Virus record (IMG/VR): IMGVR_UViG_3300049793_000366
Location: 186,001-250,000 of that record
DNA length: 64,000 nucleotides
Direction: 5' to 3' (one strand)
The number at the start of each line of letters is the position of its first letter. Positions within the stretch are counted from its first letter, which is position 1. Positions 27,578-35,608 of the stretch are shown piece by piece. Both the position numbers and the translations under genes were made by a program. The notes under the pieces were generated by a model. It searched no databases and was not told the DNA's origin. It saw nothing but the letters and a program-made list of their open reading frames with translations.

Positions 27578-28741
27578 TTAATTCATTATCTTTACAAGGC
27601 CCTCTTCTCTATCATCCGATTTAATATCAGCCTTTATTCCGATAAGAAGTTCATTATCATCATCTTCATACTCCATGATTTTGTCAACAATAACTCCGCG
27701 ATATACCTTAAGTATGTCGTAGTGAAGTTTGTGGTCTTGGTCTTGGCTTCCGTAATTGGATGGGCAATATTTAGCATTTAGCCTTGATACGGTGCAGTTA
27801 AATCTTGCAAAGTCTGCTAATAGTTTACTGTCTAATTCGTCTACAACTTCGCCTAAGTTTCTGCTGTAATCACAAGTTTGTTTACCATCAAGTAATGCTT
27901 TAGATAACCAGCTACCGATTGTATCTTGTCCTTTGTAGGACTCTCTTCCACCACCGAATAGGCTAAGTTTAACTCTGAATGCTTTTTCAGTATCATCACC
28001 AGCTTCTTCTATTTCTTTTTTATGGTCAAGACGTAGTTGTTTACTTAATTGAACAGCTAAATCTAACTGACAAGTCTCTTTGTCTTCCTGTGTTAAGTTT
28101 GATTTATATGTACCCTTAGATACTGTCGTTAATGCTTCTTCCAATTGTGATGGATGATAGACACTTTGGTTTCTATCCTCTTTCCCGTTCTTCATCAGAT
28201 GCGACCATGTACCATCTGAGTGTACTTCATATTCAGTTGGTATTGTTGAGTTTCGCCAAATTTGTTTGAATCTTTCGTCACCACTTTCTTCATCTTGTTT
28301 AACAAAGCCCATCTTCTCTAACCAATATGGTGTGATGTAAGATTCGGTGTACGAATTTATTTTTCTACTGCTCATAAAGTCATAAACTTTTCTATGCTCT
28401 AAGCCGAATGTGAAGTCTTTATATACTGCTTTCAGTTTACCATCACTACCACGACCAACTGCTGAGTCGTCAATTATCTCAATGATACTATCGATTTTAT
28501 CACCAAAGAATTTTTCAATGAATTTTGTTGCTGGGTTATTAACAACATTTTCAATTCTACCATAATCATCATAGTCTCCGAATATTGGTAAAAATGCTGG
28601 CTCAAACCAGTCGGTTGAGTACGTGACTCCACCTAATTTTGAATCGCTGTATTTCGATTTCTTCATGAATACAAGCACAGTTGCGTCACCTGCGTGAATT
28701 GGTAATCCGGATATAAATCCGATTTTGTTAAAACATCCCAT
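27578..28741 (-). CDS. Hypothetical protein with C-terminal RE tag
   Basis: LPIFGDYDDYG motif; ends DDREEGLVKIMN. Confidence 0.6.
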   Translation of the reverse strand: MGCFNKIGFISGLPIHAGDATVLVFMKKSKYSDSKLGGVTYSTDWFEPAFLPIFGDYDDYGRIENVVNNPATKFIEKFFGDKIDSIIEIIDDSAVGRGSDGKLKAVYKDFTFGLEHRKVYDFMSSRKINSYTESYITPYWLEKMGFVKQDEESGDERFKQIWRNSTIPTEYEVHSDGTWSHLMKNGKEDRNQSVYHPSQLEEALTTVSKGTYKSNLTQEDKETCQLDLAVQLSKQLRLDHKKEIEEAGDDTEKAFRVKLSLFGGGRESYKGQDTIGSWLSKALLDGKQTCDYSRNLGEVVDELDSKLLADFARFNCTVSRLNAKYCPSNYGSQDQDHKLHYDILKVYRGVIVDKIMEYEDDDNELLIGIKADIKSDDREEGLVKIMN

Positions 28742-28750
28742 ATATTTATT

Positions 28751-29050
28751 TTAGTTATTGATTTTCTTTTTTAAGTCTACGAGTTCTAAGATTTTTATAC
28801 GATTTAACTTATTTAGCTTTTTCTCTAAAATGTTTACTTCGGTTATATCTAAAATTCTTTCTTGAGCAGCTTCAATCCACATATTCATGTATCTCGCTTT
28901 AGTACCTTCGCGCTCAGATAATCCGGCTATAACGCTTTTATATTTTTCCACACGAGAAGAAAGTTCAGCAATGATTTGTTCATTGGTGAACTTGGTGAAG
29001 TCTACCTTTAATTTGGTGTCCACCATTGATTTTATCCTATCAATTGTCAT
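28751..29050 (-). CDS. Hypothetical protein (start revised to ATG 29050)
   Basis: The listed start 29101 lies inside the promoter; MTIDRIK... is in the same frame. Confidence 0.55.
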   Translation of the reverse strand: MTIDRIKSMVDTKLKVDFTKFTNEQIIAELSSRVEKYKSVIAGLSEREGTKARYMNMWIEAAQERILDITEVNILEKKLNKLNRIKILELVDLKKKINN

Positions 29051-29072
29051 TAAGAGTCCGGTATAATTTGTA

Positions 29073-29103
29073 CAAATATAATAAAAAATGGACAAAAGCA
29101 CAA
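29073..29103 (-). promoter_or_regulatory. Bacteroidota sigmaA-type promoter (TTG-N20-TATATTTG)
   Basis: Minus strand gTTG tgcttttGTCCattttttat TATATTTG; heads the 29050-24411 gene run. Confidence 0.7.
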
Positions 29104-29150
29104 CTAAAGAACATTTATTTTTATAAATATCTTAAATATAATGAATTAAT

Positions 29151-31040
29151 ATGAATGAATTAAAAGAGGGAGATGTTATTGTAGGACAAATTGACTTCAA
29201 TACCAACGGTAACGCTTATCTCAGCGTGGATGGACACGATGATGTGTACATCTATAAAAAGAACACTTTAAATGCTCTACACTTAGATACGGTTGAGGTT
29301 CAACTACTTATGAGAGAGGGTAAACTAGAAGGTGTTGTTAAAGAAGTAGTAGGTAGATTTAAAACTGAATGGGTTGGAACCGTTCAACGAAATAAGAATC
29401 TGGTATTTGTTTTACCAGATAGCAATAAAACCCCCGTAGACTTCTTCATTCCAGAAGATGCATCAATGGGTGCTAAAGATAAACAAAAGGTCGTGGTGAG
29501 ACTTATTAAGTGGAAAAAAGGCACTAAATCACCATTTGCTAAGATTATTAAAATTTTAGGTGAAGTAGGTGATAATAACACCGAAATGAATGCGATTATG
29601 TATGAGTATGGCTTGCCTGTTGAATTTCCGAAAGAAGTTGAATTAGAAGCTGAATTGATATCATTTGAAATTCCACCTACTGAGATTGCTAAACGTAGAG
29701 ACATGAGAAGTGTTACTACATTTACAATAGATCCGGTAGATGCGAGAGATTTTGATGATGCATTATCAGTTGAGGTTAAAGAAGACCATGTTGAAATTGG
29801 TGTTCACATCGCTGATGTAACTCACTATGTTAAACCAGGTACTAAATTAGAAGAAGAAGCAATTAAAAGAGCTACTTCTGTTTACTTGGTTGATAGATGT
29901 GTTCCGATGTTACCTGAGAGATTATCGAATGGTGTTTGTTCACTAAGACCACATGAAGAAAAATTGTGTTACTCTGTTATCTTTAAAATGGATTCAGAAG
30001 GTAATGTGTTAGATACATGGTATGGTCGTACTATAATCTATTCTGATAGAAGATTTAGTTATGAAGAAGCACAAGAAATAATTGAAGGCAAGGCTGGTGA
30101 TTTTTCTGATGAATTAACATTGTTCAATACTCTTGCTAAGAAAATCAGAGGACGTAGAATTAAAAGTGGTTCATTGGAAATGGATTCAGCAGAAGTGCGA
30201 TTTAGATTAGATGAACGCGGTAAACCACTTGATGTGTATTTTAAAATACAAAAGGATGCTAATAAATTAATTGAAGAGTTTATGTTGTTAGCTAATCAAG
30301 CAGTTGCTAAGATATTATCTGATAACTCATATAATTCAGTTTATAGAGTTCACGATAAACCAAGCCAAGAAAAATTAGAGGCACTTACTGGTGTTGCTAC
30401 TAACTTTGGTTATAAAGTTAATTTATATCAACCAGAGAAAATAAAAGAATCATTGAATAGTTTATTGGCCGAAATTAAAGGTAAACCAGAAGAGAATATG
30501 ATTTCTACTTTGGTTACAAGGTCAATGGCTAAAGCAACATATACAATTAAAAATATTGGGCATTATGGATTAGGCTTTACTCACTATTCACATTTCACAT
30601 CACCTATTAGACGATATCCTGATATGATGTCTCATAGATTACTTGATGATTATTTAACAAAGAAACCTAAGGGAAATCCTACTGTTGTTGAACAACAAGC
30701 TAAGTGGTCTTCTGAGAGAGAATTAATTGCGGCTAAAGCACAACGAGATTCTATTAAATATAAACAAGCTGAATATTTACAAGATAAAATTGGTAAAGTT
30801 TTCAAAGGTGTTGTATCTGGTGTTACTGATTGGGGAATGTATGTTGAGATAATTGAAAACAAATGTGAGGGTATGATTCGCTTTAAAGATATTGGTGATG
30901 ATATATTCATACCAGATGTAAACGCATATCAAGTTGTAGGTCATAAGACTGGTCAAATCATAAGATTGGGTGATGAGATAATGGTCAGTGTAGCTGGTGT
31001 TAATCTTGAAAAGAAGTCGATAGATTTAAAAGTATTCTAA
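29151..31040 (+). CDS. rnr: Ribonuclease R
   Basis: CSD domains; TIDPVDARDFDDALS (catalytic Asp); VHIADV; LIEEFMLLAN; HFTSPIRRYPD; C-terminal S1 domain. Confidence 0.95.
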   Translation: MNELKEGDVIVGQIDFNTNGNAYLSVDGHDDVYIYKKNTLNALHLDTVEVQLLMREGKLEGVVKEVVGRFKTEWVGTVQRNKNLVFVLPDSNKTPVDFFIPEDASMGAKDKQKVVVRLIKWKKGTKSPFAKIIKILGEVGDNNTEMNAIMYEYGLPVEFPKEVELEAELISFEIPPTEIAKRRDMRSVTTFTIDPVDARDFDDALSVEVKEDHVEIGVHIADVTHYVKPGTKLEEEAIKRATSVYLVDRCVPMLPERLSNGVCSLRPHEEKLCYSVIFKMDSEGNVLDTWYGRTIIYSDRRFSYEEAQEIIEGKAGDFSDELTLFNTLAKKIRGRRIKSGSLEMDSAEVRFRLDERGKPLDVYFKIQKDANKLIEEFMLLANQAVAKILSDNSYNSVYRVHDKPSQEKLEALTGVATNFGYKVNLYQPEKIKESLNSLLAEIKGKPEENMISTLVTRSMAKATYTIKNIGHYGLGFTHYSHFTSPIRRYPDMMSHRLLDDYLTKKPKGNPTVVEQQAKWSSERELIAAKAQRDSIKYKQAEYLQDKIGKVFKGVVSGVTDWGMYVEIIENKCEGMIRFKDIGDDIFIPDVNAYQVVGHKTGQIIRLGDEIMVSVAGVNLEKKSIDLKVF

Positions 31041-31041
31041 T

Positions 31042-31074
31042 AAAAAAAGTCTCAAATTAATTTGAGACTTTTTT
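31042..31074. terminator. Bidirectional Rho-independent terminator
   Basis: aaaaaaagtctcaaa-ttaa-tttgagactttttt. Confidence 0.85.
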
Positions 31075-31076
31075 GT

Positions 31077-32042
31077 TTATTGTATAATAATTTTCTTGAC
31101 TTCTATTGTTCTATCTGTGTATTCTATATGTTGAATATACATACCTGGTTTTGTGTCAGTAGTTTCAACACCAGTTAAGTCATATGTAGTTATCAATTTA
31201 ACAACTTTTTGTGATTGATTGTCAATAGATATAATACCAGAATATTCGTATTGACCATTGAAGTCAGTTTGTTTAAGTCTATAATAATTTATAGCATCTT
31301 TAATGAACATATAATCTTTGAATGTATAACTCAATAAAGTAGTTGATGTACCAGCACCATCTATGTTTGCTACTTTCTCCCAGTTAATACCATCACTACT
31401 TCTTTCTATTGTATAGAAGTCATTATTCATTTCGGTTGCTGTTTTCCAAGATAGTAAATTATGCGAATTATAATTGAAGCCATCGAATGATAATAACTCA
31501 ATTGGTAGTGGGTTAGAACAATTTATAACGAAGTTATCAAAGTCATAGAAATATACTGCTGTTCCTGGAGGTCCCGGAGGTCCTGTGACATAGCTGTTTA
31601 TTGTAGCATTTGTTATTAAACAAAATCTAAATTGTATAATGTTATTAGGTAAACCAGAGTAAGTATGCGTAACGCTATTGTATAATCCGGTGTATGTATC
31701 TAATGTAGTCCAGGTCGAACCGTTTGTAGTGTATTGAAAGTATAAAAAATCAAATCCATTCTGTATGATACCATTGTGTAGAAAGGTTACGGAAAGACCA
31801 CTGATGCAGTTTGTCATATTTAAAACAGGACTAACCATAGTAACAGTTGCGCTATTTGGGTATGGTGTTGTGCCTATATTTGTTGTAAGCCAAGAGCTAC
31901 CACCATATACTTGAATTCCCGCACCATTTGTAACAGACCAGCCGCCTAATCCTGTAAAATTATATGTTGTTGGATAAGATATTTGGCTAAATCCAACTAA
32001 GCTAATTAAGGATATGAATAAAGTTATTATAAATCTTTTCAT
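31077..32042 (-). CDS. Secreted beta-sandwich protein with Bacteroidota Ig-like module and T9SS-type C-terminal domain
   Basis: Sec signal MKRFIITLFISLISLVGFSQ; PLPIELLSF...W.TATE.NND.Y.IERS.DG..W...GAGTS...Y.F.D...YYRLKQTDFNG; C-terminal YDLTG...PGMYI...KKIII. Confidence 0.8.
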   Translation of the reverse strand: MKRFIITLFISLISLVGFSQISYPTTYNFTGLGGWSVTNGAGIQVYGGSSWLTTNIGTTPYPNSATVTMVSPVLNMTNCISGLSVTFLHNGIIQNGFDFLYFQYTTNGSTWTTLDTYTGLYNSVTHTYSGLPNNIIQFRFCLITNATINSYVTGPPGPPGTAVYFYDFDNFVINCSNPLPIELLSFDGFNYNSHNLLSWKTATEMNNDFYTIERSSDGINWEKVANIDGAGTSTTLLSYTFKDYMFIKDAINYYRLKQTDFNGQYEYSGIISIDNQSQKVVKLITTYDLTGVETTDTKPGMYIQHIEYTDRTIEVKKIIIQ

Positions 32043-32046
32043 ATCC

Positions 32047-32055
32047 TATATATTA
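32047..32055 (-). promoter_or_regulatory. Putative late promoter TAATATATA
   Basis: Exact motif 4 nt upstream of ATG 32042. Confidence 0.55.
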
Positions 32056-32307
32056 GGATAGTAGCTTGTCTATATTCTCTTTTCTTTTTTCCATTTTGAT
32101 TTGTTCTGCTGTCTTTTTCGGTGGTTCTGAATTTAGCGTTACATCACTCATATATTCTCGTATGAAGTCTATGTAATAGTCTCTATCATTATAGCCTTCC
32201 TCTTCATCATCTGTTCTACTGAATGGGTCATAAATCATATCTTTCCACGTATTTTTCTTCTTTCCGTTGAACTTATCAAATAAGTTGTTAAAATGCTTAT
32301 CGTTCAT
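32053..32307 (-). CDS. Hypothetical protein with C-terminal RD-like tag
   Basis: 84 aa; ends KRKENIDKLLS. Confidence 0.6.
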   Translation of the reverse strand: MNDKHFNNLFDKFNGKKKNTWKDMIYDPFSRTDDEEEGYNDRDYYIDFIREYMSDVTLNSEPPKKTAEQIKMEKRKENIDKLLS

Positions 32308-32333
32308 AGCTTTTGTTTTATTAAATTCTATTG

Positions 32334-32341
32334 CAAATATA
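32334..32341 (-). promoter_or_regulatory. Bacteroidota -7 element TATATTTG (no clear -33)
   Basis: Upstream of ATG 32307; GGAC at 32361-32364 sits where the -33 element would be. Confidence 0.5.
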
Positions 32342-32372
32342 TGGATAAGTTTTTAATTCCGGACTTGGGTTT

Positions 32373-32381
32373 TAATATATA
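32373..32381 (+). promoter_or_regulatory. Putative late promoter TAATATATA
   Basis: Exact motif upstream of ATG 32404. Confidence 0.6.
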
Positions 32382-32403
32382 TGTCAATAAATAAAGGATA
32401 ACT

Positions 32404-32994
32404 ATGAGAATTAAGAATTTTAGTGAATTTTCAATCAACGAGGATGCTGAACCGTTTAACGATTCGCCAGAAACATATATTGATATAGCTTTAACTAAGT
32501 TGAAGAAGAAGATTGATGGTATGTTTGAAGCTGAAGCTGAGGGTGAAGAGAGCGAAGGTGATGATGAAAAACCAGTGGTTACTGAAAAGACACCAGAGCA
32601 AGCAAGAGAAGATAAGAAGAAATCTGATGAAACTTCTTTTACTGAGTTGGGTCTTAAACTTGAGTCGTCTGAGATTAGTAAATACTCTAAATTATATGAT
32701 TCATTGACTGTAAAATTCTCTGATGAGAAGTATTTATATCACCTTTATGTTATGATGAAATTAGAAGATGCTATATCTAAAGAGCCTGGTACTGAGATTG
32801 AACAATCTGGTGTAGATGAGGCTTACATAGTATTCAAGAAATATGATATACAATCATTGGAAATTGTTGGTCAGCTTAGTAAAAATATCAAAACAAGCGA
32901 AATCACACAAGATTATATTGTTGACTTAAAACTTGAAGTTGATGAGGCGTTTGGTGATGCTGATGAAGAAGAATTTAAGATAGAGACCGAATAA
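32404..32994 (+). CDS. Acidic hypothetical protein with capsid-targeting-like N-terminus
   Basis: MRIKNFSEFSINED. Confidence 0.6.
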   Translation: MRIKNFSEFSINEDAEPFNDSPETYIDIALTKLKKKIDGMFEAEAEGEESEGDDEKPVVTEKTPEQAREDKKKSDETSFTELGLKLESSEISKYSKLYDSLTVKFSDEKYLYHLYVMMKLEDAISKEPGTEIEQSGVDEAYIVFKKYDIQSLEIVGQLSKNIKTSEITQDYIVDLKLEVDEAFGDADEEEFKIETE

Positions 32995-33407
32995 TGAAAC
33001 ACATCAAGCGTTTTGAAAATATCGACAGTAAAGATTACTCAAGAATAGAATCTAGGAATTACGTCACTTGTGAGGAATGTTCTGGTACAGGTGATGCTCC
33101 TGTTGATGGTTCTTGCGAGAATTGTTATGGTAAAGGTCGATATGCTGTTATGCTTGATGATAAAGAAGTAGTAGATTTTAAAAGAAATGAGAGGCTTTTT
33201 AATGAGCTTAAATTGGAATTAAATCCACCACGATATACTGAATTTTGTGTAATAGATGGTGTCTATACGCAAGAGTTCATGGTTAAGATTATTTCTGCTG
33301 AGAGTCTATCGATGTTACCAAAATACATTAGTATTGGTTTAGATATCTATGTTGTACCAGATATGGGTGGAGTTAAAATTAATGTTTCCCGTGATATGGA
33401 TAAGTAA
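32994..33407 (+). CDS. DnaJ-type zinc-finger protein with capsid-targeting-like N-terminus
   Basis: MKHIKRFEN; CEECSGTG...CENCYGKG. Confidence 0.65.
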   Translation: MKHIKRFENIDSKDYSRIESRNYVTCEECSGTGDAPVDGSCENCYGKGRYAVMLDDKEVVDFKRNERLFNELKLELNPPRYTEFCVIDGVYTQEFMVKIISAESLSMLPKYISIGLDIYVVPDMGGVKINVSRDMDK

Positions 33408-33425
33408 TTTATTACTATATAATCC

Positions 33426-33941
33426 ATGTTTAATTTCGTAGCAAGCCAAAGAACCATTTCAAAGATAAAGCAGGGTTCAAAATACTTTACACCATACTTA
33501 GGTATGGCTTTCACTACTGAGGATAAAGACGGTAGAAAATTCAGAATAAATGATAAAGAAAAATTTGCAAAAGATTACTTTGAAAAGAGTGGTCGAATGG
33601 CGTATTCACAGGGTAAAATTGGTAGCATAAATTTCTTTGTTGACCACTATATTACTGATAGTTTAGTTCTTTGTTATTATAATGATGAAGAAGTAGCTTT
33701 TGAATATTTAGACCACACAGCTAAAGAAAAGGGAGTAGATGCTTATCTTGGATCTATGATAAAGAAAGTAGAATCTATTTACGCAGAAGAAGTTACTTCA
33801 AAGAAAGAGAATATGACCGAGAGAGATATTAATCAAATGCCTGGTGATGCGAGTAAGTTATATACAAATCCTGGTCAAGTTACATATGACGATATTAAGA
33901 AGTATATGCAACAAAAGAAAAATGGTGGAACTAAACCTTAG
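33426..33941 (+). CDS. Hypothetical protein
   Basis: 171 aa ORF. Confidence 0.6.
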   Translation: MFNFVASQRTISKIKQGSKYFTPYLGMAFTTEDKDGRKFRINDKEKFAKDYFEKSGRMAYSQGKIGSINFFVDHYITDSLVLCYYNDEEVAFEYLDHTAKEKGVDAYLGSMIKKVESIYAEEVTSKKENMTERDINQMPGDASKLYTNPGQVTYDDIKKYMQQKKNGGTKP

Positions 33942-35014
33942 TCAAATATTTCGGCACCAGCATATTTGTTCTGAACAAACAAGAATGATACACCAGTTGA
34001 TTTAAAAAGGTCTTCACCTAAATCCATGATATCTTCATCATCATTGTCATAATACCATCTAACTTTTGGTAATGTACATTTTTTGAGAAGTTTTATTATA
34101 TCCAAAACATATTTTTCTGAACCACTACTGATGAAATCTAAAGAGATATCTAATGTTAGGTTCTGTGGGTTTGTATCGCAATACTCTTTGAACCACTCAT
34201 AGATTGGTTTCCAGAATTGGTCAGCGTGAGAAGGATATGTGCGACCCTTAATTAAGAAGGTCTTCGTGCCTACATCAAACTTAATCTCTGGTGTGTAACC
34301 AGTGCTTGGTATAAATAATGACTTAAGTTTTTTATCAGTTGTTCTGTCTTCAATTTCACACGTTATACGCATTGATGAATTAATCAAACCATAATCTCTT
34401 GTTTTGTTCCCTTTAGAATCAAATATCTTAAAGTTTACGTATTGATTGTCTGCTACTAATACATTACCGGAAACAGCTTCTTTCCATCTTTCTAAATCGA
34501 AAGTGTGTACTTTCAAAATATTTAATGATGCGATGATAGTGATGTTTCTTTTAGCACATAGCGAATTGAAGAATTCAATCTGTGCTTGTAATCTATCTTC
34601 GAATCCTTTGAATGTTGGACCCAGTATGGTGAATAAGTTTATGGTATCAATGAATAAAAATTCAACATTACCAAGCAATTCTACATCAAACCCAAGAGTC
34701 ATATCATCTAATCCCTTAGAGTTAAACACTATGTTGATTGGGTCTGGTATATCGTAGATGCCAGTTATAACACCAGCCTTTATATCGTTCAGTGGTTTAT
34801 TTTCCAATACCGCGTAAATACGCTTTCTCATATATTCATCACTCGAATCGAGTCCGTAGTAGATAATATTCTTTTCGTCTTTTACTGCTTTAGCGGCAAT
34901 GTTAGCAAGTACGGTTGTCTTACCCGATTGATAGTGGGAAGCAACTATATTAAATTTACCTTCAACTATATTGAAGTTATGCGTTTCTTCTGTAAGAATT
35001 AAGTCTCTACTCAT
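33938..35014 (-). CDS. Fusion of a DnaB/RecA-type P-loop ATPase domain and a SiaC/DUF1987 domain
   Basis: ASHYQSGKTT (Walker A), FLFID (Walker B); C-terminal TPEIKF...IKGRTYP...FWKPIYEW...LDFISSGSEK...WYYDNDDEDIMDLGED. Confidence 0.75.
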   Translation of the reverse strand: MSRDLILTEETHNFNIVEGKFNIVASHYQSGKTTVLANIAAKAVKDEKNIIYYGLDSSDEYMRKRIYAVLENKPLNDIKAGVITGIYDIPDPINIVFNSKGLDDMTLGFDVELLGNVEFLFIDTINLFTILGPTFKGFEDRLQAQIEFFNSLCAKRNITIIASLNILKVHTFDLERWKEAVSGNVLVADNQYVNFKIFDSKGNKTRDYGLINSSMRITCEIEDRTTDKKLKSLFIPSTGYTPEIKFDVGTKTFLIKGRTYPSHADQFWKPIYEWFKEYCDTNPQNLTLDISLDFISSGSEKYVLDIIKLLKKCTLPKVRWYYDNDDEDIMDLGEDLFKSTGVSFLFVQNKYAGAEIFD

Positions 35015-35463
35015 TAGATAAGATTAAAAAGGTCAAGGTGTAAATGAAAATGGTTCAAAACTAAAATCATCAATATTGCTGATTTTATTGTTAGATAAAT
35101 GTATGAGATATATTTGTTTAGGTCGTTACATTTCTTGTTTAGTATTTTACCGATTATGTTTTGTATTATCTGTACAAAAAATGCAAAAATAAATAGCATA
35201 GCAAATACTTTCCAACTACCTGATATTAAACCCAATATACACCAGATTAATTCTGATAGTGCTATAAATCCAGTGAACATACCAGCGTTGTAATCGTCAC
35301 TTGTTCTATAATCTGCTTTTTTGGGAGAGCGTTTGTTTATTTTCTTAAAGGCTTCTGCCCATTCTGCTACCTTCCAAGTCTTGTGGTGATTGAAAAGATT
35401 GATTAAATCCAATAGGAATATGAATAATCCGATAGCGTAAAATATGTGTCCAAGTGTCTGCAT
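35014..35463 (-). CDS. Hypothetical multi-pass membrane protein
   Basis: Four hydrophobic segments. Confidence 0.65.
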   Translation of the reverse strand: MQTLGHIFYAIGLFIFLLDLINLFNHHKTWKVAEWAEAFKKINKRSPKKADYRTSDDYNAGMFTGFIALSELIWCILGLISGSWKVFAMLFIFAFFVQIIQNIIGKILNKKCNDLNKYISYIYLTIKSAILMILVLNHFHLHLDLFNLI

Positions 35464-35512
35464 TATAATTGTTTTATCTCATTATATAAAATGAGAGTTT
35501 ATAGTTTACATA

Positions 35513-35544
35513 CAAATATATGGACTTTTTTACTAAACGCCAAA
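35513..35544 (-). promoter_or_regulatory. Bacteroidota sigmaA-type promoter (TTTG-N20-TATATTTG)
   Basis: Minus strand TTTG gcgtttagtaaaaaaGTCCa TATATTTG. Confidence 0.75.
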
Positions 35545-35577
35545 TATTTGTCCAAAATCATATAGGAGTTCAGTTTT

Positions 35578-35586
35578 TAATATATA
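35578..35586 (+). promoter_or_regulatory. Putative late promoter TAATATATA
   Basis: Exact motif upstream of ATG 35609. Confidence 0.6.
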
Positions 35587-35608
35587 GAAACAAATCTAAC
35601 TAACAGCT

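Noticed and set aside
33938-35014. The replicative helicase (gp41/DnaB)
   Set aside because: The ATPase part is only ~240 aa, lacks the N-terminal domain, and is fused to SiaC in an accessory unit.
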